Source: Balanoglossus misakiensis
Lineage: Eukaryota; Animalia; Hemichordata
Length of the DNA stretch: 64,000 nucleotides
Assembly: GCA_040954595.2 (NCBI GenBank)
Contig: CM082582.2
Location: 3,084,303-3,148,302 of the forward strand
Reading direction: 5' to 3'
The notes beneath the pieces are model-generated. The model did not search any database, was not told the origin of the DNA, and saw nothing but the letters and a program-made list of their open reading frames with translations. The position numbers and the translations under genes are program-made. Of the stretch, positions 12,001-25,344 are shown in pieces (position 1 is the first letter of the stretch; each line of letters opens with the position of its first letter).

Positions 12001-15000
12001 CGCTTATGAAGTGGTGACCTAAGACAGGCGACAGTCAGGCTTCACTTACAAAAAGTGGAAAATACAATAGCTACATTGGTAGGCTGAAAGCTTACTTCCT
12101 GAGACTGTTTGTGCCAATGACGGGTAAGACCGCTTATGAAGTGGTATCCTAAGACAGGCGACAGTCAGGCTTCACTTACAAAAAGTGGAAAATACAATAG
12201 CTACATTGGTAGGCTGAAAGCTTACTTCCTGAGACTGTTTGTGCCAATGACGGGTAAGACCACTTATGAAGTGGTGACCTAAGACAGGCGACAGTCAGGC
12301 TTCACTTACAAAAAGTGGAAAATACAATAGCTACATTGGTAGGCTGAAAGCTTACTTCCTGAGACTGTTTGTGCCAATGACGGGTAAGACCGCTTATGAA
12401 GTGGTATCCTAAGACAGGCGACAGTCAGGCTTCACTTACAAAAAGTGGAAAATACAATAGCTACATTGGTAGGCTGAAAGCTTACTTCCTGAGACTGTTT
12501 GTGCCAATGACGGGTAAGACCGCTTAGGAAGTGGTGACCTAAGACAGGCGACAGTCAGGCTTCACTTACAAAAATTGGAAAATACAATAGCTACATTGGT
12601 AGGCTGAAAGCTTACTTCCTGAGACTGTTTGTGCCAATGACGGGCAAGACCGCTTATGAAGTGGTGACCTAAGACAGGCGACAGTTATGCTTCACTTACA
12701 AAAAGTGGAATATACAATAGCTACATTGGTAGGCTGAAAGCTTACTTCCTGAGACTGTTTGTGCCAATGACGGGTAAGACCGCTTATGAAGTGGTGACCT
12801 AAGACAGGGAACAGTCAGGCTTCACTTACAAAAAGTGGAAAATACAATAGCTACATTGGTAGGCTGAAAGCTTACTTCCTGAGACTGTTTGTGCCAATGA
12901 CGGGTAAGACCGCTTATGAAGTGGTGACCTAAGATAGGCGACAGTCAGGCTTCACTTACAAAAAGTGGAAAATACAATAGCTACATTGGTAGGCTGAAAG
13001 CTTACTTCCTGAGACTTTGTGCCAATGACGGGTAAGACCGCTTATGAAGTGGTGACCTAAGACAGGCGACAGTCAGGCTTCACTTACAAAAAGTGGAAAA
13101 TACAATAGCTACATTGGTAGGCTGAAAGCTTACTTCCTGAGACTGTTTGTGCCAATGACGGGTAAGACCGCTTATGAAGTGGTGACCTAAGACAGGCGAC
13201 AGTCAGGCTTCACTTACAAAAAGTGGAAAATACAATAGCTACATTGGTAGGCTGAAAGCTTACTTCCTGAGACTGTTTGTGCCAATGACGGGTAAGACCG
13301 CTTATGAAGTGGTGACCTAAGACAGGCGACAGTCAGGCTTCACTTACAAAAAGTGGAAAATACAATAGCTACATTGGTAGGCTGAAAGCTTACTTCCTGA
13401 GACTGTTTGTGCCAATGACGGGTAAGACCGCTTATGAAGTGGTGACCTAAGACAGGCGACAGTCAGGCTTCACTTATAAAAAGTGGAAAATACAATAGCT
13501 ACATTGGTAGGCTGAAAGCTTACTTCCTGAGACTGTTTGTGCCAATGACGGGTAAGACCGCTTAGGAAGTGGTGACCTAAGACAGGCGACAGTCAGGCTT
13601 CACTTACAAAAATTGGAAAATACAATAGCTACATTGGTAGGCTGAAAGCTTACTTCCTGAGACTGTTTGTGCCAATGACGGGTAAGACCTCTTATGAAGT
13701 GGTGACCTAAGACAGGCGACAGTCAGGCTTCACTTACAAAAAGTGGAAATTACAATAGCTACATTGGTAGGCTGAAAGCTTACTTCCTGTGACTGTTTGT
13801 GCCAATGACGGGTACGACCGCTTATGAAGTGGTGACCTAAGATAGGCGACAGTCAGGCTTCACTTACAAAAAGTGGAAAATACAATAGCTACATTGGTAG
13901 GCTGAAAGCTTACTTCCTGAGACTGTTTGTGCCAATGACGGGTAAGACCGCTTATGAAGTGGTGACCTAAGACAGGCGACAGTCAGGCTTCACTTACAAA
14001 AAGGTGAAAATACAATAGCTACATTGGTAGGCTGAAAGCTTACATCCTGAGACTGTTTGTGCCAATGACGGGTAAGACCGCTTATGAAGTGGTATCCTAA
14101 GACAGGCGACAGTCAGGCTTCACTTACAAAAAGTGGAAAATACAATAGCTACATTGGTAGGCTGAAAGCTTACTTCCTGAGACTGTTTGTGCCAATGACG
14201 GGTAAGACCGCTTATGAAGTGGTGACCTAAGACAGGCGACAGTCAGGCTTCACTTACAAAAAGTGGAAAATACAATAGCTACATTGGTAGGCTGAAAGCT
14301 TACTTCCTGAGACTGTTTGTGCCAATGACGGGTAAGACCGCTTATGAAGTGGTATCCTAAGACAGGCGACAGTCAGGCTTCACTTACAAAAAGTGGAAAA
14401 TACAATAGCTACATTGGTAGGCTGAAAGCTTACTTCCTGAGACTGTTTGTGCCAATGACGGGTAAGACCGCTTAGGAAGTGGTGACCTAAGACAGGCGAC
14501 AGTCAGGCTTCACTTACAAAAATTGGAAAATACAATAGCTACATTGGTAGGCTGAAAGCTTACTTCCTGAGACTGTTTGTGCCAATGACGGGTAAGACCG
14601 CTTATGAAGTGGTGACCTAAGACAGGCGACAGTTATGCTTCACTTACAAAAAGTGGAATATACAATAGCTACATTGGTAGGCTGAAAGCTTACTTCCTGA
14701 GACTGTTTGTGCCAATGACGGGTAAGACCGCTTATGAAGTGGTGACCTAAGACAGGCAACAGTCAGGCTTCACTTACAAAAAGTGGAAAATACAATAGCT
14801 ACATTGGTAGGCTGAAAGCTTACTTCCTGAGACTGTTTGTGCCAATGACGGGTAAGACCGCTTATGAAGTGGTGACCTAAGATAGGCGACAGTCAGGCTT
14901 CACTTACAAAAAGTGGAAAATACAATAGCTACATTGGTAGGCTGAAAGCTTACTTCCTGAGACTTTGTGCCAATGACGGGTAAGACCGCTTATGAAGTGG

Positions 15001-18000
15001 TGACCTAAGACAGGCGACAGTCAGGCTTCACTTACAAAAAGTGGAAAATACAATAGCTACATTGGTAGGCTGAAAGCTTACTTCCTGAGACTGTTTGTGC
15101 CAATGACGGGTAAGACCGCTTATGAAGTGGTGACCTAAGACAGGCGACAGTCAGGCTTCACTTACAAAAAGTGGAAAATACAATAGCTACATTGGTAGGC
15201 TGAAAGCTTACTTCCTGAGACTGTTTGTGCCAATGACGGGTAAGACCGCTTATGAAGTGGTGACCTAAGACAGGCGACAGTCAGGCTTCACTTACAAAAA
15301 GTGGAAAATACAATAGCTACATTGGTAGGCTGAAAGCTTACTTCCTGAGACTGTTTGTGCCAATGACGGGTAAGACCGCTTATGAAGTGGTGACCTAAGA
15401 CAGGCGACAGTCAGGCTTCACTTATAAAAAGTGGAAAATACAATAGCTACATTGGTAGGCTGAAAGCTTACTTCCTGAGACTGTTTGTGCCAATGACGGG
15501 TAAGACCGCTTAGGAAGTGGTGACCTAAGACAGGCGACAGTCAGGCTTCACTTACAAAAATTGGAAAATACAATAGCTACATTGGTAGGCTGAAAGCTTA
15601 CTTCCTGAGACTGTTTGTGCCAATGACGGGTAAGACCGCTTATGAAGTGGTGACCTAAGACAGGCGACAGTCAGGCTTCACTTACAAAAAGTGGAAAATA
15701 CAATAGCTACATTGGTAGGCTGAAAGCTTACTTCCTGTGACTGTTTGTGCCAATGACGGGTACGACCGCTTATGAAGTGGTGACCTAAGATAGGCGACAG
15801 TCAGGCTTCACTTACAAAAAGTGGAAAATACAATAGCTACATTGGTAGGCTGAAAGCTTACTTCCTGAGACTGTTTGTGCCAATGACGGGTAAGACCGCT
15901 TATGAAGTGGTGACCTAAGACAGGCGACAGTCAGGCTTCACTTACAAAAAGGTGAAAATACAATAGCTACATTGGTAGGCTGAAAGCTTACATCCTGAGA
16001 CTGTTTGTGCCAATGACGGGTAAGACCGCTTATGAAGTGGTGACCTAAGACAGGCGACAGTCAGGCTTCACTTACAAAAAGGTGAAAATACAATAGCTAC
16101 ATTGGTAGGCTGAAAGCTTACATCCTGAGACTGTTTGTGCCAATGACGGGTAAGACCGCTTATGAAGTGGTGACCTAAGACAGGCGACAGTCAGGCTTCA
16201 CTTACAAAAAGGTGAAAATACAATAGCTACATTGGTAGGCTGAAAGCTTACATCCTGAGACTGTTTGTGCCAATGATGGGTAAGACCGCTTATGAAGTGG
16301 TGACCTAAGACAGGCGACAGTCAGGCTTCACTTACAAAAAGTGGAAAATACAATAGCTACATTGGTAGGCTGAAAGCTTACTTCCTGAGACTGTTTGTGC
16401 CAATGACGGGTAAGACCGCTTATGAAGTGGTGACCTAAGACAGGCGACAGTCAGGCTTCACTTACAAAAAGTGGAAAATACAATAGCTACATTGGTAGGC
16501 TGAAAGCTTACTTCCTGAGACTTTGTGCCAATGACGGGTAAGACCGCTTATGAAGTGGTGACCTAAGACAGGCGACAGTCAGGCTTCACTTACAATAAGT
16601 GGAAAATTCAATAGCTACATTGGTAGGCTGAAAGCTTACTTCCTGAGACTGTTTGTGCCAATGACGGGTAAGACCGCTTATGAAGTGGTGACCTAAGACA
16701 GGCGACAGTCAGGCTTCACTTACAAAAAGTTGAAAATACAATAGCTACATTGGTAGGCTGAAAGCTTACTTCCTGAGACTGTTTGTGCCAATGACGGGTA
16801 AGACCGCTTATGAAGTGGTGACCTAAGACAGGCGACAGTCAGGCTTCACTTACAAAAAGTGGAATATACAATAGCTACATTGGTAGGCTGAAAGCTTACT
16901 TCCTGAGACTGTTTGTGCCAATGACGGGTAAGACCGCTTATGAAGTGGTGACCTAAGACAGGCGACAGTAAGGCTTCACTTACAAAAAGTGGAAAATACA
17001 ATAGCTACATTGGTAGGCTGAAAGCTTACTTCCTGAGACTGTTTGTGCCAATGACGGGTAAGACCGCTTATGAAGTGGTGACCTAAGATAGGCGACAGTC
17101 AGGCTTCACTTACAAAAAGTGGAAAATACAATAGCTACATTGGTAGGCTGAAAGCTTACTTCCTGAGACTTTGTGCCAATCACGGGTAAGACCGCTTATG
17201 AAGTGGTGACCTAAGACAGGCGACAGTCAGGCTTCACTTACAAAAAGTGGAAAATACAATAGCTACATTGGTAGGCTGAAAGCTTACTTCCTGAGACTGT
17301 TTGTGCCAATGACGGGTAAGACCGCTTATGAAGTGGTGACCTAAGACAGGCGACAGTCAGGCTTCACTTACAAAAAGTGGAAAATACAATAGCTACATTG
17401 GTAGGCTGAAAGCTTACTTCCTGAGACTTTGTGCCAATGACGGGTAAGACCGCTTATGAAGTGGTGACCTAAGACAGGCGACAGTCAGGCTTCACTTACA
17501 ATAAGTGGAAAATTCAATAGCTACATTGGTAGGCTGAAAGCTTACTTCCTGAGACTGTTTGTGCCAATGACGGGTAAGACCGCTTATGAAGTGGTGACCT
17601 AAGACAGGCGACAGTCAGGCTTCACTTACAAAAAGTTGAAAATACAATAGCTACATTGGTAGGCTGAAAGCTTACTTCCTGAGACTGTTTGTGCCAATGA
17701 CGGGTAAGACCGCTTATGAAGTGGTGACCTAAGACAGGCGACAGTCAGGCTTCACTTACAAAAAGTGGAATATACAATAGCTACATTGGTAGGCTGAAAG
17801 CTTACTTCCTGAGACTGTTTGTGCCAATGACGGGTAAGACCGCTTATGAAGTGGTGACCTAAGACAGGCGACAGTAAGGCTTCACTTACAAAAAGTGGAA
17901 AATACAATAGCTACATTGGTAGGCTGAAAGCTTACTTCCTGAGACTGTTTGTGCCAATGACGGGTAAGACCGCTTATGAAGTGGTGACCTAAGATAGGCG

Positions 18001-20440
18001 ACAGTCAGGCTTCACTTACAAAAAGTGGAAAATACAATAGCTACATTGGTAGGCTGAAAGCTTACTTCCTGAGACTTTGTGCCAATGACGGGTAAGACCG
18101 CTTATGAAGTGGTGACCTAAGACAGGCGACAGTCAGGCTTCACTTACAAAAAGTGGAAAATACAATAGCTACATTGGTAGGCTGAAAGCTTACTTCCTGA
18201 GACTGTTTGTGCCAATGACGGGTAAGACCGCTTATGAAGTGGTGACCTAAGACAGGCGACAGTCAGGCTTCACTTACAAAAAGTGGAAAATACAATAGCT
18301 ACATTGGTAGGCTGAAAGCTTACTTCCTGAGACTGTTTGTGCCAATGACGGGTAGGACCGCTTATGAAGTGGTGACCTAAGACAGGCGACAGTCAGGCTT
18401 CACTTACAATAAGTGGAAAATTCAATAGCTACATTGGTAGGCTGAAAGCTTACTTCCTGAGACTGTTTGTGCCAATGACGGGTAAGACCGCTTATGAAGT
18501 GGTGACCTAAGACAGGCGACAGTCAGGCTTCACTTACAAAAAGTTAAAAATACAATAGCTACATTGGTAGGCTGAAAGCTTACTTCCTGAGACTGTTTGT
18601 GCCAATGACGGGTAAGACCGCTTATGAAGTGGTGACCTAAGACAGGCGACAGTCAGGCTTCACTTACAAAAAGTGGAATATACAATAGCTACATTGGTAG
18701 GCTGAAAGCTTACTTCCTGAGACTGTTTGTGCCAATGACGGGTAAGACCGCTTATGAAGTGGTGACCTAAGACAGGCGACAGTCAGGCTTCACTTACAAA
18801 AAGTGGAAAATACAATAGCTACATTGGTAGGCTGAAAGCTTACTTCCTGAGACTGTTTGTGCCAATGACGGGTAAGACCACTTATGAAGTGGTGACCTAA
18901 GACAGGCGACAGTCAGGCTTCACTTACAAAAAGTGGAAAATACAATAGCTACATTGGTAGGCTGAAAGCTTACTTCCTGAGACTGTTTGTGCCAATGACG
19001 GGTAAGACCACTTATGAAGTGGTGTCCTAAGATAGGCGACAGTCAGGCTTCACTTACAAAAAGTGGAAAATACAATAGCTACATTGGTAGGCTGAAAGCT
19101 TACTTCCTGAGACTTTGTGCCAATGACGGGTAAGACCGCTTATGAAGTGGTGACCTAAGATAGGCGACAGTCAGGCTTCACTTACAAAAAGTGGAAAATA
19201 CAATAGCTACATTGGTAGGCTGAAAGCTTACTTCCTGAGACTGTTTGTGCCAATGACGGGTAAGACCGCTTATGAAGTGGTGACCTAAGATAGGCAACAG
19301 TCAGGCTTCACTTACAAAAAGTGGAAAATACAATAGCTACATTGGTAGGCTGAAAGCTTACTTCCTGAGACGGTTTGTGCCAATGACGGGTAAGACCGCT
19401 TATGAAGTGGTGACCTAAGACAGGCGACAGTCAGGCTTCACTTACAAAAAGTGGAAAATACAATAGCTACATTGGTAGGCTGAAAGCTTACTTCCTGAGA
19501 CTGTTTGTGCCAATGACGGGTAAGACCGCTTATGAAGTGGTGACCTAAGACAGGCGACAGTCAGGCTTCACTTACAATAAGTGGAAAATTCAATAGCTAC
19601 ATTGGTAGGCTGAAAGCTTACTTCCTGAGACTGTTTGTGCCAATGACGGGTAAGACCGCTTATGAAGTGGTGACCTAAGACAGGCGACAGTCAGGCTTCA
19701 CTTACAAAAAGTTGAAAATACAATAGCTACATTGGTAGGCTGAAAGCTTACTTCCTGAGACTGTTTGTGCCAATGACGGGTAAGACCGCTTATGAAGTGG
19801 TGACCTAAGACAGGCGACAGTCAGGCTTCACTTACAAAAAGTGGAAAATACAATAGCTACATTGGTAGGCTGAAAGCTTACTTCCTGAGACTTTGTGCCA
19901 ATGACGGGTAAGACCGCTTATGAAGTGGTGACCTAAGATAGGCGACAGTCAGGCTTCACTTACAAAAAGTGGAAAATACAATAGCTACATTGGTAGGCTG
20001 AAAGCTTACTTCCTGAGACTGTTTGTGCCAATGACGGGTAAGACCGCTTATGAAGTGGTGACCTAAGACAGGCGACAGTCAGGCTTCACTTACAAAAAGT
20101 GGAAAATACAATAGCTACATTGGTAGGCTGAAAGCTTACTTCCTGAGACTGTTTGTGCCAATGACGGGTAAGACCGCTTATGAAGTGTTGACCTAAGACA
20201 GGCGACAGTCAGGCTTCACTTACAAAAAGTGGAAAATACAATAGCTACATTGGTAGGCTGAAAGCTTACTTCCTGAGACTTTGTGCCAATGACGGGTAAG
20301 ACCACTTATGAAGTGGTGACCTAAGACAGGCGACAGTCAGGCTTCACTTACAAAAAGTGGAAAATACAATAGCTACATTGGTAGGCTGAAAGCTTACTTC
20401 CTGAGACTGTTTGTGCCAATGACGGGTAAGACCGCTTATG
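1..20440. repeat. 130-bp satellite array (about 157 monomers; continues beyond the left edge)
   Basis: CATTGGTAGG recurs at 1, 131 and 261. Consensus: CATTGGTAGGCTGAAAGCTTACTTCCTGAGACTGTTTGTGCCAATGACGGGTAAGACCGCTTATGAAGTGGTGACCTAAGACAGGCGACAGTCAGGCTTCACTTACAAAAAGTGGAAAATACAATAGCTA. A recurrent 128-bp variant has GACTGTTTG>GACTTTG. Most monomers differ from consensus at only a few positions. Confidence 0.99.
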
Positions 20441-20779
20441 GTGTAAGGGTTGTGTGTTGCACCATTGTGAAATGTAAACATGTTTGTGGAATTGTTGCCT
20501 TGTCAATTTTTGTAAGGGGTTAGGGACGATGTTAAATAACAACAAATAAGTTTAGCTTGAAACCCCTGCACTCCCCCTTGTAACCTAATTGTTGAATACA
20601 GATCAGTGCCTCTTATTATTTCATTATTGTGACAACTCCATATTTAAACCATAACCAGGATAGAAAAGTACACTATCACACATATTGATATTTCGACAAT
20701 ATTTGAATGAAAACATTTCTTTTCAATTCTGAGTTTACATCAGGTCTTGATTTCTGTTCATGCCTAAGAACCTCTTTAA

Positions 20780-21620
20780 CAAGTTTCAATAAGGAAGACA
20801 TTTTGGCAAACAACAGGAAATTCAGACAAATCTGACTGATATCACATATATGAATATCCATTCAAAGTTTCCAATCAATTGGACTTGTGGTTTTACTGAA
20901 GACTATTTGGCCAAACCCTGCAGAAATTCCAAAAAAAATACAATTATGCAAATTTCATTACAATTTGATCATATCTGACTGAGATCACCCCTAGAAACCC
21001 AAATACAAAGTATCAAAACAATTGCACTTACAGTTTCACAGGATTTGATTTTTTGACAAAAACAGGAAATATTGCCCAAAAATGCATGTTTGCAAATTTC
21101 ACCACCGTTTGCACAAATGTGATTCAGGTAAGCCCTATGAACCTCCATACCAAGTTTCCAATCAATTGGACATGTAATTTCAGAGAAGAATTTTTTTTTA
21201 ACAAAACTGCAGAAAATTCCCCAAAAATTTCATAAAAAATAGCAAACGCCAGATACTGACTCCACCTGAACAAAATCATACGAGGTCTTCCGAAAGTACT
21301 TGCACACCAATGCACGCCAATTTTTAACTGAATCTGATCCGCTGTTATTAAGTTTTTCAATTTTGACTATTTGAACATTTTTCCAGTTAATACCACTATG
21401 CATTTTTTCGCAATAACAATTTCTATGTACACACTAAATATCAGTAGTTTCAAGTTTTTGATGTTGATGGATATACACATACATACATCAATACATTTAG
21501 ACGAAACTGATCCATTCACAAAATACATAATTCTGTATGAGGCACACATACAGACATACATAGACGACGGACACCAACTTATGCTATAAGCTGACATTGA
21601 TATACATGTTAGCCAAAAAC
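20780..21620 (-). mobile_element. Helentron-associated non-autonomous element (HINE/DINE-like), degenerate
   Basis: Diverged ~143-bp internal repeats (AAGTTTCCAATCAATTGGAC at ~20866 and ~21152, intermediate copy ~21008), a CATA/CAGA microsatellite (~21545-21565), and a terminal hairpin GCTGACAT...ATGTTAGC followed by an A-run. The left boundary is uncertain. Confidence 0.55.
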
Positions 21621-22015
21621 CAAAATCAACCTCAAAATAGACATTAAAATATATTGCACCACCATGAGAAGACAAATTCGTTTTTCGACAAATTTTCTGG
21701 GGCGTCATTGATATAGCATGGCATATTGTCAAAGTACGTAGTCTCTGTGATAAGATTCCATACACACAAAATGGTAACCTTGGAAGTCCAGCTGACGTAG
21801 TTATGCAATGGCGTCTCGTGTGTTCCGTCGCCAAAAATCATCGTAAAATTGATAGTCGGGGTCACAATTCAAGACGACTTTCTCTAAATTCTTTATGAAT
21901 GGATTAAATCGAAATCGAAATGCTGACGTAAGACGTACGGAATGAGATCTGAACAGACATTCAATGTTATCATTCTCGCTCGATCACATATTGGGTGGGC
22001 CATCTAGCAATCGCT

Positions 22016-22688
22016 ATATAGTATTATTACACCTCACTCTGTATTCCGTACTATTGATTGGCTGAGACCGTACCATGTGACATAGAAAAGAACGTGATAT
22101 TACATGGTTGACAGAGTATATGGCCCGTAGGTAGGGGCTACGGGCCGGGGATACGCGCGCGCTGAGAGAATATTACAGGCTGAGAACAGGTTTTAGGTTC
22201 TGCGCATCTTTTCTGCGCATAACAAACTGTCGTTCAATGGCTTCCTTCACGATCAGTCAACACCCGCATCTATGGCTTCAAAGCGACACACAGGATTAAC
22301 ACCTGTTCAACTGGACGATATTTTACCGCAAACGGACAGTAAATACACCAAAGTCGCAACCAACAGCGCGGTTTCCTCAAGATTATCTGAGTTTGAAGTG
22401 GTATGGCGAGATATTTTAGTTCGCTGCAACCTGCAATGTACGACATGGACGCAACCCTCTAGGCTGTATGTATGGTCAAATGTTCGGTATAATAAAATTA
22501 ATAACACATGTCATGCTCGGACAATATCATGATCTTTGGCCTGCCCTCGTGCTGGTGATCTCTGACCATAATATTGATGATGCCCTCGCCTGCGGCTCGG
22601 GCATCATCAATATTATGGTCAGAGATCACCATCCCTCGTGCAGGCCAAAGATCATGATATTGCCCTCGCTAACATGTGTTATTATTTA
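22016..22688 (+). mobile_element. Crypton-derived non-autonomous element with terminal palindrome
   Basis: AT-rich end, then GATTGG (CCAAT box), then ATG at 22272 encoding MASKRHTGLTPVQLDDILPQTDSKYTKVATNSAV, which resembles the N-terminus of Crypton/DUF3504 tyrosine recombinases. A ~186-bp near-perfect palindrome at 22499-22684 is centred on CTCGCCTGCGGCTCG. Confidence 0.65.
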
Positions 22689-23149
22689 ATTGGCGATAAC
22701 AGACTGTCTATAAACACACAAAACGGATTTTACTGTTGAGTGTGATCAACCGCCATGTTATTTTTCTCTGAACAATAGACAAATAGAAAGCCTGGTGACA
22801 TTTTGAGATTGACTGCGTGAGGACCACAATATGCGTGAATCATTTACGGTTTGTCTTGATGAATGGGTCACGTCATAGTCATAACGCGGATTCGGCTGCA
22901 CGCCAACTATCCGCCATATTGTCTCCACTAACTTACTCGTAAGTAGTTTCAAACTTCATTTGAAAAGAGTAAAACACATACCTGACTTCGTCTGACGGTC
23001 CTGTAGATTAACAATTTACGCTCTATGAAGCAACTAAACAACGTTAGCTTCCTTGTGGATTCACGTAGGGAAGTTATTCGTAACGACGGGTACAGCGTCT
23101 GAGCATGGACCGAACCACGGCAATATCGCCAGGAATGTCTCATTTCACA

Positions 23150-23628
23150 AATTAAAAATTTGATAATTTCATTACTATCCAAGCCACACCTACCAAAACC
23201 TTTCCAGTTCTTGCCATTTAGATCCTGAAACTGTGTAACTGTAACGACGAGTACACTGTCTGAGCACAGAGCTATATACTATTACACAGCTACAGCCCAA
23301 GCTACAGCCAAACTGGACTTTCTCATTTCACAGCGCCCTCAAACAGTCGATCTCCTCAAACTATCGTTTCCACTGGTCATTTATGCGGCATTAACGAAAG
23401 CTCTCATAGACAACCATGTAATAGAAAAATTAAAACTTTAATAACTTCATTAATATCAAAGCCACACCCACCAAAACCTTTTCAGTTCTTGCCATATGAT
23501 ATCTGAACCTGTGTACTAAATTTGGTTGAAATCGGTTCAGCGGTTCTTGAGATATCGAGTATACAGACAGACACACACACAGACATCGCTAAACCATAAG
23601 CTCGCGTGATTTTCACGTGAGCTAAAAA
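23150..23628 (-). mobile_element. HINE-like element terminus
   Basis: Internal diverged repeat (23150-23240 vs 23425-23515), CAGA/CA microsatellite at 23563-23585, and hairpin AGCTCGCGTG-ATTTT-CACGTGAGCT at 23599-23623 followed by AAAAA. Confidence 0.55.
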
Positions 23629-24046
23629 TGGCGGCGTTCATTCAGTTCACGCGATCAGTCGCAGACGACAACCTACTCGTATGTCAATTTAAATTTATTA
23701 TTGCATATGTACCACAGTATTCCAAGCGGGCCGTGCAATAATAATTCTGGTATTTTTGCGAGCTCATATGCAAATGAGCATCCAGAAGAATAAGATCCCC
23801 CATTTCCCCTTCAATCGATCGTATCTTTCAAAGTTTAACCCTCGTTCTGTTAGACAATCACTTGGAGTTCATATAAACCTCCGGAGGATATAACAAAAGT
23901 TTTATTTCAGTCGCAAAAAAGCCGATTGTTGTTTTAGTTGTGCGCGTGACAAAGTGGTATTTTTCACAACCCATATGCAAATGAGTAAAAACAAGCCGGA
24001 CTACGTTTTGTTTGTAAACATTGAACGCGGTCGGCAGAGCTGGAGT

Positions 24047-24450
24047 ATGATCGCCGAAACGTGGGGAATTTTCAACATTGGGAGACGTCATTGTCTTATC
24101 CTTCCCAAATTTTGTCAGAATAACAAAACATTAACTGGCAGTATGTTTGGGAACCTCGGAATATCCCTCGCTATCGCCAGTTTCTCAAATATTGCCGATG
24201 CTATCTTTCGACCTGAGCTAAACCACCGATGAAATGAGCCAACATGGTCGCCGAAACATGCGGATTTTTCAACATTCTGGCACGTTGTTTTATTATCCTT
24301 CCCAACTATCGTCAGAATAACAGAACATTTAGTTGTCAGTGTGTTTTGGAACCTCGAAAATTACGAAAATCTCTGGCTATCGCCAGTGTTTCAAAATTTA
24401 TCGCTGCGTTCTCACGACCTCAGGTAACCCACTGTTGGAATGACCCCACA
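24047..24450. repeat. Diverged ~197-bp tandem duplication
   Basis: ATGRTCGCCGAAAC...TTTTCAACATT...TATCCTTCCCAA...GTCAGAATAACA...GGAACCTCG...GCTATCGCCAG occurs from ~24047 and again from 24244. Confidence 0.8.
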
Positions 24451-24599
24451 TGACCCTTCTTTGCATAACAAAGGTTGCGTCATTTTGGCCAATGAGCGGC
24501 CTTCTCTGGGTTGCATAGCCTTTGGCGCATCACTGTAATGAAAATCAATACGCCACGATCGAAACTTTGATTTTCGTCAAATCTGGGGAAACATATGCA

Positions 24600-25343
24600 A
24601 TAATAACAGAACTTCATGACCTCTGCGCGCGATCTGTGCAATATGGATGTTATTTTCACTCGTGAGAAGGTGTATTCTTCCGTATTTTTACTCGCTATCG
24701 CTCGTAAAAATACTCGGAAGAATACACCTTCTCACTCATGAAAATAAAATCCATATTGCACAGATCGCGCGCAGAGGTCATGAAGTTCTGTCATATTATT
24801 TTTATTGGGTACTTACTTTTAAGTAATTTCACTCCCCATTTAGTTGATGCGTTCGTGTTTGCTTCATTTTTTTTTCGCCGCCAACTGTTCAACCATTTTG
24901 TTTGACAACTCGGGGAATCTTGCCGTCTGCGCGTAGTTTGGGTTTACTGCCGGAGGAATGCACGCAGCATCGCTCAAAACAGGTCCCGGTTGTTGTTTTT
25001 CCAGCATCGTCGCCGCTTGTAAAAGTTCCTCATCAGTTATCTCGTCAAGTTCCTCAAGGTTGAAATTCAGATCAAAATTCGATTCGAGCCTTTCAGTCAT
25101 GGTGGCCGGCTGCATTTTGCGCTCGTCTTGATATTTCAAAATTTGCAGGATCTGATGGCAGCGGACGACATTCCCACCATCCCACAGCCAATCAAATGCA
25201 GTCCACCATCCCACAGCCAATCATATGCAGAGTTTATTAGCTATTCTCCGTTCAGGGCCAAGTTGGGCTGAGTCTTCTTGTTGAGAATATAAACCCCGGC
25301 TCCAGCCAATCAGCAAGCTGGATTCACACCAAGCATATTATAA
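24600..25343 (-). mobile_element. Crypton-derived non-autonomous element with terminal palindrome
   Basis: On the minus strand: TATAAT end, several GATTGG boxes, a recombinase-like first exon, and a ~186-bp palindrome at 24606-24791 centred on CTCGCTATCGCTCG. Confidence 0.7.
24817..25115 (-). pseudogene. First exon of a Crypton-type tyrosine recombinase (frameshifted)
   Basis: Removing one A from the A9 run (24867-24875) gives ...ARFPELSNKMVEQLAAKKNEANTNASTKWGVKLLK, followed directly by a GTAAGT donor (24811-24816). RF..S....NT...T.W.V is the typical Crypton/ZMYM-associated N-terminal motif. Confidence 0.7.
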
Positions 25344-25344
25344 T

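Noticed and set aside
1-20440. CRISPR array, or tRNA/5S/snRNA gene array
   Set aside because: No unique spacers and no cas genes. No cloverleaf, Pol III A/B boxes or recognisable 5S/U-snRNA sequence.
20516-20526. TTAGGG telomere seed (also ~55095)
   Set aside because: Single hexamers, no array.
20348-20545. 65-aa ORF at the satellite edge
   Set aside because: Chance read-through from flank into the repeat, with a non-ATG start.
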